33,619 nt of DNA. It comes from a virus (Duplodnaviria > Caudoviricetes). The stretch spans positions 1 through 33,619 of IMG/VR virus record IMGVR_UViG_3300020084_000052. One strand, given 5' to 3'. Below, piece after piece: positions 8,729 through 16,290 of the stretch; position 1 is the stretch's first letter, and every line of letters starts with the position of its first letter. The position numbers and the translations under genes are program-made. Under the pieces are notes generated by a model. The model did no database searches, was not told the DNA's origin, and worked only from the letters and a program-made list of their open reading frames with translations.

Positions 8729-10504
8729 TCAGGCGGCCGGCACCGGCACCGCGGTCGGGTAGGTCGCACCGTTCGCCGGGGTGGCGACGGTGTACCGGCG
8801 GGAGTCGTGGCCGGTCTTGGCGACCAGCAGCGCCTCCTCGGTGAACAGGCCGACGTAGTCGTTCTCGACCAGCCCGGCGGAGTCGTACACGGTGTCCAGG
8901 TTGATCACCTCGTCCAGGCCCCGGACCCACGTCCCGGCCGGGTAGGAGAGGAACTGGGTCGACGCCGGCAGGGCCACCGCGGGCACGGCCTGGCCGAGCG
9001 CCGTGTCCTGCCAGTCGTAGACGAACTGGGCCCGGATCTGCCGCTCGGCGAACCAGCCGCGGATCTGGGCGTCGGTGACGTCCAGGGCCATGACGCCGGA
9101 CCGCTGGGCGAGGTCGGCCCGGACCAGCGCGTAGGCGAACAGCGGGTACACCTGCTCGACCGTCGCGGTGAGCGGCATCCGGTGGCGGTACCGGGTGTCC
9201 AGGGCGGCCAGTTCGGCGGCCGAGAGCAGGGACGCGGTTGCCCCGAGCAGCGCCGTGGGCGCCACCGCGGTGGAGCCGGCCACCATCTTGGCGATCGTCT
9301 TGGCGCTCACCTTGTGCGCGTGGGCGATCAGCGCGCCGCGCGTCACCCGGGCGGTGAGCTCGGGGTACGCGTGGTTCTGCAGGATCCCGGAGGTGATGCA
9401 CACCCCGACGGCCTCGGCGCGCACCTCGGCGAAGTCCGGGCAGGGCACCCGGTAGCAGTCCTTCGTCTCGCCGGCGATCGCCTGGGCCTCGGTCTGGGCG
9501 AACCCGGTCCCGGCGTAGATCGCCGAGTAGTCCGGGCCCGGGGTGAACCGGATACCGCCGCGGCGGGCGTTGACCTCGGGGACGTCGATCAGGCCGTCGG
9601 CGCTCTCGAGCTCGGTGAGGTCGTACAGCGTCTCCGAGGGCGCGCACCAGCCGCCCGCGGCGACCAGGGAGCCGCCGGGCAGCCGGGACTCCTGGGCGGC
9701 GAAGGTGAGCACGTCGTCGCCGTTGACGTCGGCGATCAGGTCGGCGTCGAAGTCCCGGCGGATCCGGGCGATGCCGTGCTGGAGCCGGGTGGAGTGCCCG
9801 CTGGCCGAGGGCATCGGCCGGGACGGGTAGGACGCGAGGCGGCGGTTCGCCACCTCGGCCACCTCGGTGAAGTTGCCGAACGTGTGGTTGGCTTTCATCC
9901 CGGGCACGTCGGCCGCGGCGGTGATCGTCGCGGTGCGGCGGGCCGGGGGCTTGGGCTCCTGCTGTCGGCGGGCGGCGCGCGCGGCGCGGCCGGTCTTTGG
10001 CTTGCCGCCGTCGGCGCCGGCGAGGACCGGCTCCTTGCCGGCCGGGGCGGAGTCGTCGGCGTCGGCCGAGTCGTCGCCGTCCTGGCCGTCGTCGCCGTCC
10101 TGGTCGTCGTCGTCCTGGTCGTCCTGGCCGTCGTCGTCGCCGTCCTGGTCGTCGTCGTCGACGTCGACGGCGTCCAGCCGCTTGCGCCGGTCCTCCTCGG
10201 CGGTCTCCCGGCGCTTGACCTCGGTCTTGGCGCCCTTCATCACCTGGGCCAGGCGCTCGGCCTCGGCGACGTCCTCGTCGGAGATGTCGTCCTTGGCCTT
10301 GATCTTCTCGATCTCGGCGCGGGCCCGGTCCCGGATCTTCTCCAGGTCGGCGGCCGAGGTCTGCTCGAGCTCCTCGCCCTCGGGGAGCGCGATCGGGGTC
10401 TGGTCGTCGTCGCGGGGGACGAACACGACCGAGGCGCGGCCGACCAGGTCCGGGCGGACGCGGGGCAGGGCGGAACGGCGGCGGGGGAGGGACGACAGGC
10501 TCAC
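8729..10504 (-). CDS. Major capsid (hexamer-type) protein with N-terminal scaffold-like domain, 591 aa
   Basis: GTG 10504 with AGGAG RBS. SLVAAGGWCAPSETLYDL, ARRGGIRF, K.CY.VPCP.F, QFVYDWQ and LDTVYDS motifs. N-terminal coiled coil and acidic linker. Confidence 0.9.
   Translation of the reverse strand: MSLSSLPRRRSALPRVRPDLVGRASVVFVPRDDDQTPIALPEGEELEQTSAADLEKIRDRARAEIEKIKAKDDISDEDVAEAERLAQVMKGAKTEVKRRETAEEDRRKRLDAVDVDDDDQDGDDDGQDDQDDDDQDGDDGQDGDDSADADDSAPAGKEPVLAGADGGKPKTGRAARAARRQQEPKPPARRTATITAAADVPGMKANHTFGNFTEVAEVANRRLASYPSRPMPSASGHSTRLQHGIARIRRDFDADLIADVNGDDVLTFAAQESRLPGGSLVAAGGWCAPSETLYDLTELESADGLIDVPEVNARRGGIRFTPGPDYSAIYAGTGFAQTEAQAIAGETKDCYRVPCPDFAEVRAEAVGVCITSGILQNHAYPELTARVTRGALIAHAHKVSAKTIAKMVAGSTAVAPTALLGATASLLSAAELAALDTRYRHRMPLTATVEQVYPLFAYALVRADLAQRSGVMALDVTDAQIRGWFAERQIRAQFVYDWQDTALGQAVPAVALPASTQFLSYPAGTWVRGLDEVINLDTVYDSAGLVENDYVGLFTEEALLVAKTGHDSRRYTVATPANGATYPTAVPVPAA
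10060..10170 (-). repeat. Asp/Gly/Gln low-complexity tandem repeat in the capsid N-terminal linker
   Basis: Imperfect (TCG)n/TCCTGG repeats encoding DDDDQDGDDDGQDDQDDDDQDGDDGQDGDD. Confidence 0.7.
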
Positions 10505-10535
10505 GGCGGGGGCTCCTAGCGGGGACTCGGGACGG

Positions 10536-10581
10536 CCGAGCGCCCGGCCCACAGCCAGCGGTCGCTACGGGGCAGAGGGTA
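10536..10581 (-). promoter_or_regulatory. Putative late promoter -10 (TACCCT, 10576-10581) plus conserved leader element, copy 3 (before major capsid)
   Basis: 34/34 identity with 5868-5901; lies downstream of the terminator at 10705-10743. Confidence 0.75.
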
Positions 10582-10704
10582 GCCCACGGCGCCGGACCTC
10601 GGCGGGTGCTGGTCTTGTGACGCGCATACCGTGGGGGCGGGTGCGAAGGGTGCCCGCGTCCCGGGGTTGGCCGTAGGGGTACGGCCGCACCGCCCCAGGA
10701 CACG

Positions 10705-10743
10705 CGAGAGGCCCCGCCGAGTGGTGATCGGCGGGGCCTCTCG
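10705..10743. terminator. Intrinsic terminator-like hairpin (16-bp stem, 7-nt loop), possibly bidirectional
   Basis: CGAGAGGCCCCGCCGA-gtggtga-TCGGCGGGGCCTCTCG, 23 nt after the stop at 10767. Confidence 0.75.
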
Positions 10744-10766
10744 TTGTCTATCGGCAGGGCGGGGGC

Positions 10767-11087
10767 TCAGCCTGCCCCAGCCGGGTCGGCGCCAGCGGGA
10801 CGCACCCGCTCGACCCGCACGCGGGCGTCGTCGGAGCCCCAAACGATCGGGCCGATCTGCCGCCAGCCGGCCACCTCGAGCGCGGCGGTCAGCAGCGTGA
10901 CCACGCGGTGCCGGCCCTCGGGCCCGTGCGCGGCCGGGTCATACCGGATCGCCTCGGGGATCACCTCGTCGGGCCCGCCGTCGACGTCGACCAGCACGTT
11001 GGAGCCGTGGACGTGGTCGGAGTACTCGACCGAGGCGGTGCCGCGGATCCGGCCGTCCTGGTCGCCGAGGTTCCCGAGCAGCGTCAC
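10767..11087 (-). CDS. Hypothetical protein, 106 aa (moron)
   Basis: GTGA-coupled to the upstream gene; globular-looking sequence. Confidence 0.65.
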   Translation of the reverse strand: MTLLGNLGDQDGRIRGTASVEYSDHVHGSNVLVDVDGGPDEVIPEAIRYDPAAHGPEGRHRVVTLLTAALEVAGWRQIGPIVWGSDDARVRVERVRPAGADPAGAG

Positions 11088-11857
11088 GGCTGCCCGCAGA
11101 CCGGCGCGCCGTCGACGGTCACCGAGGTGACGACGTCGGCCGAGTCGCCGCAGCGGGCGCCGCCGATGGACTCCTCGGGCAACTGCTCGGCGACGTCGCC
11201 GACGGGGCCGGCGTCGGACCAGGCGCCCGGGGGCAGGTAGGCGCGGGTGTCGACGGCGGGCGTCGGCTGCTCGACGACCGGGGCCGGCGCCGGGGCGGGC
11301 GGGGCCACGGTGCGGGCGGGAGCCGGGGCTGCGCTCGGGCGGGTCGGCGCCGGGGCGGGCTGCTGGACCGGCTCGGCCGCGGCGGGGCCCGCCAAGACGG
11401 GCGCCGCGGGGACGACGACGCCGGCGCAGTAGGTCGCCACCGCGGTGTCGACGAGCTTCCCGGCCTCGCCGGCGGTCCAGCCGGAAGCGATCAGCCCGGA
11501 GGTGATCCCGTCGCGGGTGGGGATCTCGGCGCCGGCGGGGACGCCGGTCGGGTCACCGAGCAGGTCGCACACCCGCTCGGCGAGGTGGACCAGGTCGGCG
11601 GCCTCGGCGTCGGAGTAGCCCACGTCGGGGCCGAGCAGGTCGGCGAGGAACGCGGCGCGCTGCTCGGCGGCGACCTGGTCGGCGGTCGGAACGTCGATCG
11701 AGATCCGGCGGAAGTCCGCCGGCGCCGGGGCGGGCTCGGAGACGGGGGCGGCGGGGCCGTGGATCGCGGCGACGGCCAGCAGGCCCCCGGCGATCAGGAA
11801 CAGCACCAGCAGGGCGAGGGGGATGCGGCGGATCAGGGGGGTGGGCGTGCTGGGCAT
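11084..11857 (-). CDS. Membrane-anchored/secreted protein with DUF732-like domain and Pro-rich linker, 257 aa
   Basis: N-terminal hydrophobic segment; AFLADL...AERVCDLL...GW.AGEAG.LV..AV.TYC pattern; AGGAG RBS. Confidence 0.75.
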   Translation of the reverse strand: MPSTPTPLIRRIPLALLVLFLIAGGLLAVAAIHGPAAPVSEPAPAPADFRRISIDVPTADQVAAEQRAAFLADLLGPDVGYSDAEAADLVHLAERVCDLLGDPTGVPAGAEIPTRDGITSGLIASGWTAGEAGKLVDTAVATYCAGVVVPAAPVLAGPAAAEPVQQPAPAPTRPSAAPAPARTVAPPAPAPAPVVEQPTPAVDTRAYLPPGAWSDAGPVGDVAEQLPEESIGGARCGDSADVVTSVTVDGAPVCGQP

Positions 11858-11936
11858 GGCGAACTCCTGGTGGTGGAGGTGGTGCGCGGGTGAAGGGGTG
11901 ACCGCCGTCGGGTGGGGTGGCCCGGCGGCGGGTGGA

Positions 11937-12257
11937 TCAGGCGGGCAGGTAGCGGGCGAGAATGCGGGCGGCGGCGATCGCGGTCTCGGAGACGGTCGCC
12001 CCGAGCTCGGTGACGTGGACGCCGGCGCCGAGCGCGTGCTGGGCGAAGCGGGTCCGGGCGGCCTCGGCCTCGTGGCGGTGCGCGGGCCCGGATCCGGTCG
12101 CGCGCCAGACGGCCTCGACGACGACCAGGTCGCGGGCGGCCTTGACCAGCACCTCGGCCGGCTTGCCGCCGTGGTCCAGGGCGACGGCCTGGGCGGCGAA
12201 CTCGGTAGCGGTGGGCCGGATCAGGTGCCGGTTGGTGCGGAGAGGTGGGGCGGTCAT
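11937..12257 (-). CDS. Hypothetical helical protein, 106 aa (first gene of moron)
   Basis: GAGGAG RBS; downstream of the promoter/operator at 12286-12320. Confidence 0.7.
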   Translation of the reverse strand: MTAPPLRTNRHLIRPTATEFAAQAVALDHGGKPAEVLVKAARDLVVVEAVWRATGSGPAHRHEAEAARTRFAQHALGAGVHVTELGATVSETAIAAARILARYLPA

Positions 12258-12285
12258 GCGGTGCTCCTCGCGTCGTGGTGTGCGG

Positions 12286-12320
12286 GTGGACCGTACACCG
12301 CGCGGGGAGGTGATGTGCAG
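12286..12320 (-). promoter_or_regulatory. Promoter (CTGCAC-N19-TACGGT) with palindromic operator GTGTACGGTCCAC over the -10
   Basis: Same motif and identical spacing as 23150-23184. Confidence 0.7.
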
Positions 12321-12348
12321 GCGGCCGACACGACACGCCCACGAAGGG

Positions 12349-12546
12349 TTACCCGTCGCGTCTCAGTACGTGAGCCGAGCCGCACCCGTCGCAGACCAGC
12401 AGCGGCTCGACGTCGACGACGACGCCGCCGGAGATCTCGACGACCGCGCGCCAGCGGACCGAGCCGCACCAGCACGCCGAGACGACGACGTCCCGCCCAC
12501 CCTGCCGCGGGGAAGCCGGCAGGGGGAGCGGGACGACGTCGCCCAC
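12349..12546 (-). CDS. Small putative zinc-ribbon protein (CxC...CxxC), 65 aa
   Basis: ACWCGS...LVCDGCG; starts 3 nt after the upstream stop. Confidence 0.5.
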   Translation of the reverse strand: MGDVVPLPLPASPRQGGRDVVVSACWCGSVRWRAVVEISGGVVVDVEPLLVCDGCGSAHVLRRDG

Positions 12547-12549
12547 GGG

Positions 12550-12702
12550 TCAGGCGGAGACGGGGACGATCGTCCCCCGGCCGCCGAGGCGGGACACCTC
12601 GGCGAGGGCGGCGGCCTTGGAGTCCACCGGCCCGTAGGTGCTGCCGTCGGGGCGGGTGACCGTGTACTTCTGCCCGGACTTCCCGCCGCAGTTGCAACCC
12701 AT
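12550..12702 (-). CDS. Small conserved head-module protein, 50 aa (MGCNCGGKSGQKYTVTRPDGSTYGP...)
   Basis: Not in the ORF track. ATG 12702 with GAGGAG RBS right after the protease stop; an MxCxC micro-ORF is typical at this position. Confidence 0.75.
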   Translation of the reverse strand: MGCNCGGKSGQKYTVTRPDGSTYGPVDSKAAALAEVSRLGGRGTIVPVSA

Positions 12703-12714
12703 CGCGTGCTCCTC

Positions 12715-15700
12715 TCAGTCGTCGACGTCGGCCAGCACCTCGGCGAGCCGGGACCGGGAGTCCAGGCCGACCGAGGCGACGATGCGGTCCAGGCGGGCCC
12801 GGCGGGTGAGGTCGGCGCGGACGTCGGCCAGCACCTCCCGGCGGAGGCGCGCCCGGAGCTCGCCGTACCCGTTCCCCGGGCCGCGGCGGCGGCTCGGGTT
12901 GGGGCGGACACCCGGGGCGGCGACCAGGGACAGGCGGTCGCCGCTCGGGCCGGTGGTGTAGCGCGGCACCGGGAAGCCCCCGGAGTTGACCGCCAGGGCG
13001 CCGATCATGTCCAGTTCGCCGCCGATCTCCCGCCAGTCGCCGGACAGGGGCGAGCGCTCGAGCTCGGCGATCTGGGCCTCGGTCGCGCCGGGGTTCAGCC
13101 AGCCGGCCACGGCGATGCCGTGGTCGTCCTCGTACGCGCGCACGGTGGCGATCCCGTAGCCGGTCTCGTCGTAGTGCCGGGCGGCCTGCCGCCACGCGTA
13201 CTTGGGGTCGGCGTGGCCCCCGCCGAGGGTGAGGTTCCCGACGGCGATCCGGCTCCCGTCGTCCAGCCGGACGGCGCCGGTGTGGAAGAACGCGTACTCC
13301 GAGGGCGACCGCGGCGGCTCGACACACTGGCCGGGGTACCCGACGTGGCACGTTCCCCAGGTGGCGACGTGGCCGAACACGCGCCCGTCGTCGGTGACGG
13401 TGATCGGCGTCGGCTCGGACAGGTTCGGGTTCTCGTAAGCCGACGCCGGCGGGCGGAAGATCGTCCCGGCCGCGGCGGTCAGGCTCTCGACCTGGGCCTC
13501 GGCGTCGTCCTCCTCCTCGACGGGTGCGGCGGTCACGACGGTGACATTGGCGACCGGCACGGTCACCGGCGGCCAGTCGACGGCCTCGCCCTCGGCGTCC
13601 TCGGTGGGCTGGACGGTAACGGTCTCGGCGTCCTCGTCGACGGCGGTCACCTCACCGCGTCCGACGGTGTCGGCGTCGTCCTCGGCGCCGGCCGGCTCGA
13701 CGTAGTCGACGACCGCGCCCGGGGCGACCTCGGCGCCGGCGGCGTCGGTGAGCGCCGCGGCGAGGTCGTCCCCGGCGGCGTCGATCGGGTCCAGTTCGAT
13801 CGCGGCCTCAGCGAACGCCGGCGTGGCCACCTGGGTGACGCCGATCAGCCGGCCCTCGTCGACCTGCTCGTAGACGGGCGGGTTCTCGCCCTTCTCCCAC
13901 TCCCCGATCAGCCAGTCCATATCGACCGGGTCGCCGTTCTCGTCGACCAGCGACCCCGTGACGCTGTCCAGGTCCACCGAGACACCGCCGAGGCCGGCCT
14001 CGACCAGGGCGATCGCCTTACCCACGGCCTCGGCCAGCGCCGGGTCGTCCAGGTAGTCGCCGCTGGCCACGATGCCGTCCGCGGTGAACTCCACGGCCAG
14101 GATCCGGCCCACCGTGGTGCTGCCGTCGTGGCCGAAACTGGTCGACTCCTGGTACATGAGGGGCAGCGGAAGATCCCGGGAGGTCAGCGACCCCGCGGCG
14201 AAGATCCGGCCGTCGCCGGTGGGCTTGGCGAACGGGGCCAGCACGGGCGCAGAGCGCCAGGTACGGCGAGGCATGGGCGGGGTTCCTTCCGGGGTGGCGG
14301 AGGCGGTGATCCCGTCGGGGCCGCCGGTCGTGGGTTCGGTGTCGATCGCGCCCTCGTCGAACAGGCGCCAGGCGATCGCCTCGGTGCGGGCCAGGACGTA
14401 GCCCCGCACCCACAAGGTGAACAGGTCCGGCGGGCCGCCGGTGTGCGGGCAGTCCGTCGACGGTCGCCCGTCGGCGTAGGCCTGCCGACCGGCGTCGTAC
14501 GCGGCGACCTGCTCGGTGGTGGGCTCGGGGACGGCGTCGCCGGCCGAGGCCCGGAGCACCGAGCGGTCCCGGTCCATCAGGGAGTTGAGCGCCTTCTGGT
14601 TGGCGGCGGCCCGCGCGGTGCCCGGCGAGCCGGTGCGCTCGTAGTAGAACTCCGACCAGGACACCCGCCGCGTCGACTCCCAGAACTCCAAGAGTTCCTC
14701 GGAGGCGTAGCGGCCGGCCTGCCGCGGGTCCATCCGGAACAGTTCCCGGGCGTCCACGCCGGCGCGCTGCCCGGCCTTGCTCAGCAACTCGCCGCGGGTG
14801 GCGGCCTGGGCCTCGATGTACTGCCGCTCGGTGAACAGCGCGTACTCGACCTGGACCTCGCCGCGCGTCGGGGCGACGTCGGAGGCTTTGACGCCGCCGA
14901 CCCGCGGGTGGGTCAGCCCGGGGATCCCGTTCTCGGCCTGGAACGCCTCGACCGCGCGGGTGACCTCGGCGTCGCTGGTCGCCGACCGGAGGACGTCGTC
15001 GACGACCTGCTCCTCCCGCTGCCGGTAGTCCATGAACTTCTCGTAGTCGTCCCAGCGGCGGCCCTCCAACTCGTTGGCGTCGTCCAGCCGGCCGAGGATG
15101 TGCGTCGCCAGGTCGTCGAGCTCGTCCTCGTTCAGGTTGCCGAGGTAGTCGTAGGACAGGCGGAGGGGAACGCCGGCGTCGTCGGTCTCCTGCTCGAGCT
15201 TCCGCTCGGCCCGGCGGGCGGCGGCCTTCTCCCGGCGGGCCTGGGCCGCGGCTTCCCGCTCGGCGACCTGGGCCGCGGACTGGGCCGCGCCGGCGCCCGG
15301 GGTGACCGTGCGGGCCGCCTCGGTGGCCGCCCGGACCCGGTCGGCCTGCCGGCGCTGCTCCTCGGGGTCGTCGTACGCGCGGACCTGGTCGTCGTCCGCG
15401 CGGGCCTCGATCTCGCCGGCGACGTCGTCGGCGTCTCGGAGTTGCCGGCGGGAGGTGTTCGGCGTCTCCTCGGTGGCCTCGACTTCCAGCATGGTGCAGC
15501 GGCAGTTGACGGTTTGGGCCGGCGGGGCGCTCGGGTCGCCCGGGTGGTCCAGCGACCGGCCGCCCACCCGGAAGGGCTCGCCGAGGGCCACCCGCTGCCC
15601 GTCGGCCCGGTAGTGGTCCTTCCGGGTGCGGCTGTCGATCGTGGCCAGCCAGACCTTGTCGATCTCCACCCCGGTGGCCTCGGCCCGGATCCGGGACGCG

Positions 15701-16290
15701 GCGAGGTGCCCGCCGTTGTACGCGCCGATCGTCTCGGTGCGGGCGATCGTCTGGGACCGCTTGAGCCACTCGTTCTCCGGGCCGCCCATCCGGGCCGAGA
15801 GCACGCCGGCGATCCGGTCGCGGATCGTGGGGATCGCGTCGCCGTCGTCGATCCCGAGTTGGACGGCGGTCCGGACGGCGTCGAAGGTCTGCCCGGGAAC
15901 GTCGGCCATGCGGTTGCGGACGGCCCCGAGGTACTGCTCCTGCCAGGGGCGGGCGCTCACGACGTCGTCACGGTCCAGCAGCGCGCCGAACCGCTCGCCG
16001 AGCAGGTCGTCGATCGCGCCCACGATGTGCGCGTCGACCAGCCGCGCCCACTCCTCGGCGTGCGCGTTGATCGCCGTCGGGTCGGGGACGACGTCCTCGG
16101 GGGCCGCGGTGAGGGACTGGCCGAGCGCGGCGCGGGTGGCGATCGTCAGCCACTCCCGGACCGCGCGCCAGGTGGCCGCCTGCACCTTCTCCTCGAAGCG
16201 GGCGAGGTCGGCCGCGGCCCGCTCCCGCTCGGGGAGCAGCGGGTCGGCCTCCTCGGCGGCTGCCCGGAGGGCCGCGGCCCGGCGACTCAC
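12715..16290 (-). CDS. MuF-like minor head protein / capsid maturation protease polyprotein, 1191 aa
   Basis: GTG 16290 overlaps the portal stop. MuF motifs ARTE, KVWLAT.DSRTR..H and HPGDP...NCRC. Protease region TGDGRIF...LPL.Y...GHD...VGRI, VSVD, HVATW and LSGDWR. Confidence 0.9.
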   Translation of the reverse strand: MSRRAAALRAAAEEADPLLPERERAAADLARFEEKVQAATWRAVREWLTIATRAALGQSLTAAPEDVVPDPTAINAHAEEWARLVDAHIVGAIDDLLGERFGALLDRDDVVSARPWQEQYLGAVRNRMADVPGQTFDAVRTAVQLGIDDGDAIPTIRDRIAGVLSARMGGPENEWLKRSQTIARTETIGAYNGGHLAASRIRAEATGVEIDKVWLATIDSRTRKDHYRADGQRVALGEPFRVGGRSLDHPGDPSAPPAQTVNCRCTMLEVEATEETPNTSRRQLRDADDVAGEIEARADDDQVRAYDDPEEQRRQADRVRAATEAARTVTPGAGAAQSAAQVAEREAAAQARREKAAARRAERKLEQETDDAGVPLRLSYDYLGNLNEDELDDLATHILGRLDDANELEGRRWDDYEKFMDYRQREEQVVDDVLRSATSDAEVTRAVEAFQAENGIPGLTHPRVGGVKASDVAPTRGEVQVEYALFTERQYIEAQAATRGELLSKAGQRAGVDARELFRMDPRQAGRYASEELLEFWESTRRVSWSEFYYERTGSPGTARAAANQKALNSLMDRDRSVLRASAGDAVPEPTTEQVAAYDAGRQAYADGRPSTDCPHTGGPPDLFTLWVRGYVLARTEAIAWRLFDEGAIDTEPTTGGPDGITASATPEGTPPMPRRTWRSAPVLAPFAKPTGDGRIFAAGSLTSRDLPLPLMYQESTSFGHDGSTTVGRILAVEFTADGIVASGDYLDDPALAEAVGKAIALVEAGLGGVSVDLDSVTGSLVDENGDPVDMDWLIGEWEKGENPPVYEQVDEGRLIGVTQVATPAFAEAAIELDPIDAAGDDLAAALTDAAGAEVAPGAVVDYVEPAGAEDDADTVGRGEVTAVDEDAETVTVQPTEDAEGEAVDWPPVTVPVANVTVVTAAPVEEEDDAEAQVESLTAAAGTIFRPPASAYENPNLSEPTPITVTDDGRVFGHVATWGTCHVGYPGQCVEPPRSPSEYAFFHTGAVRLDDGSRIAVGNLTLGGGHADPKYAWRQAARHYDETGYGIATVRAYEDDHGIAVAGWLNPGATEAQIAELERSPLSGDWREIGGELDMIGALAVNSGGFPVPRYTTGPSGDRLSLVAAPGVRPNPSRRRGPGNGYGELRARLRREVLADVRADLTRRARLDRIVASVGLDSRSRLAEVLADVDD

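Noticed and set aside
1969-10569. The repeated 26-34 nt element as a CRISPR repeat or att site
   Set aside because: Copies are kilobases apart, always in 5' leaders, with no spacer periodicity and no cas or integrase gene.
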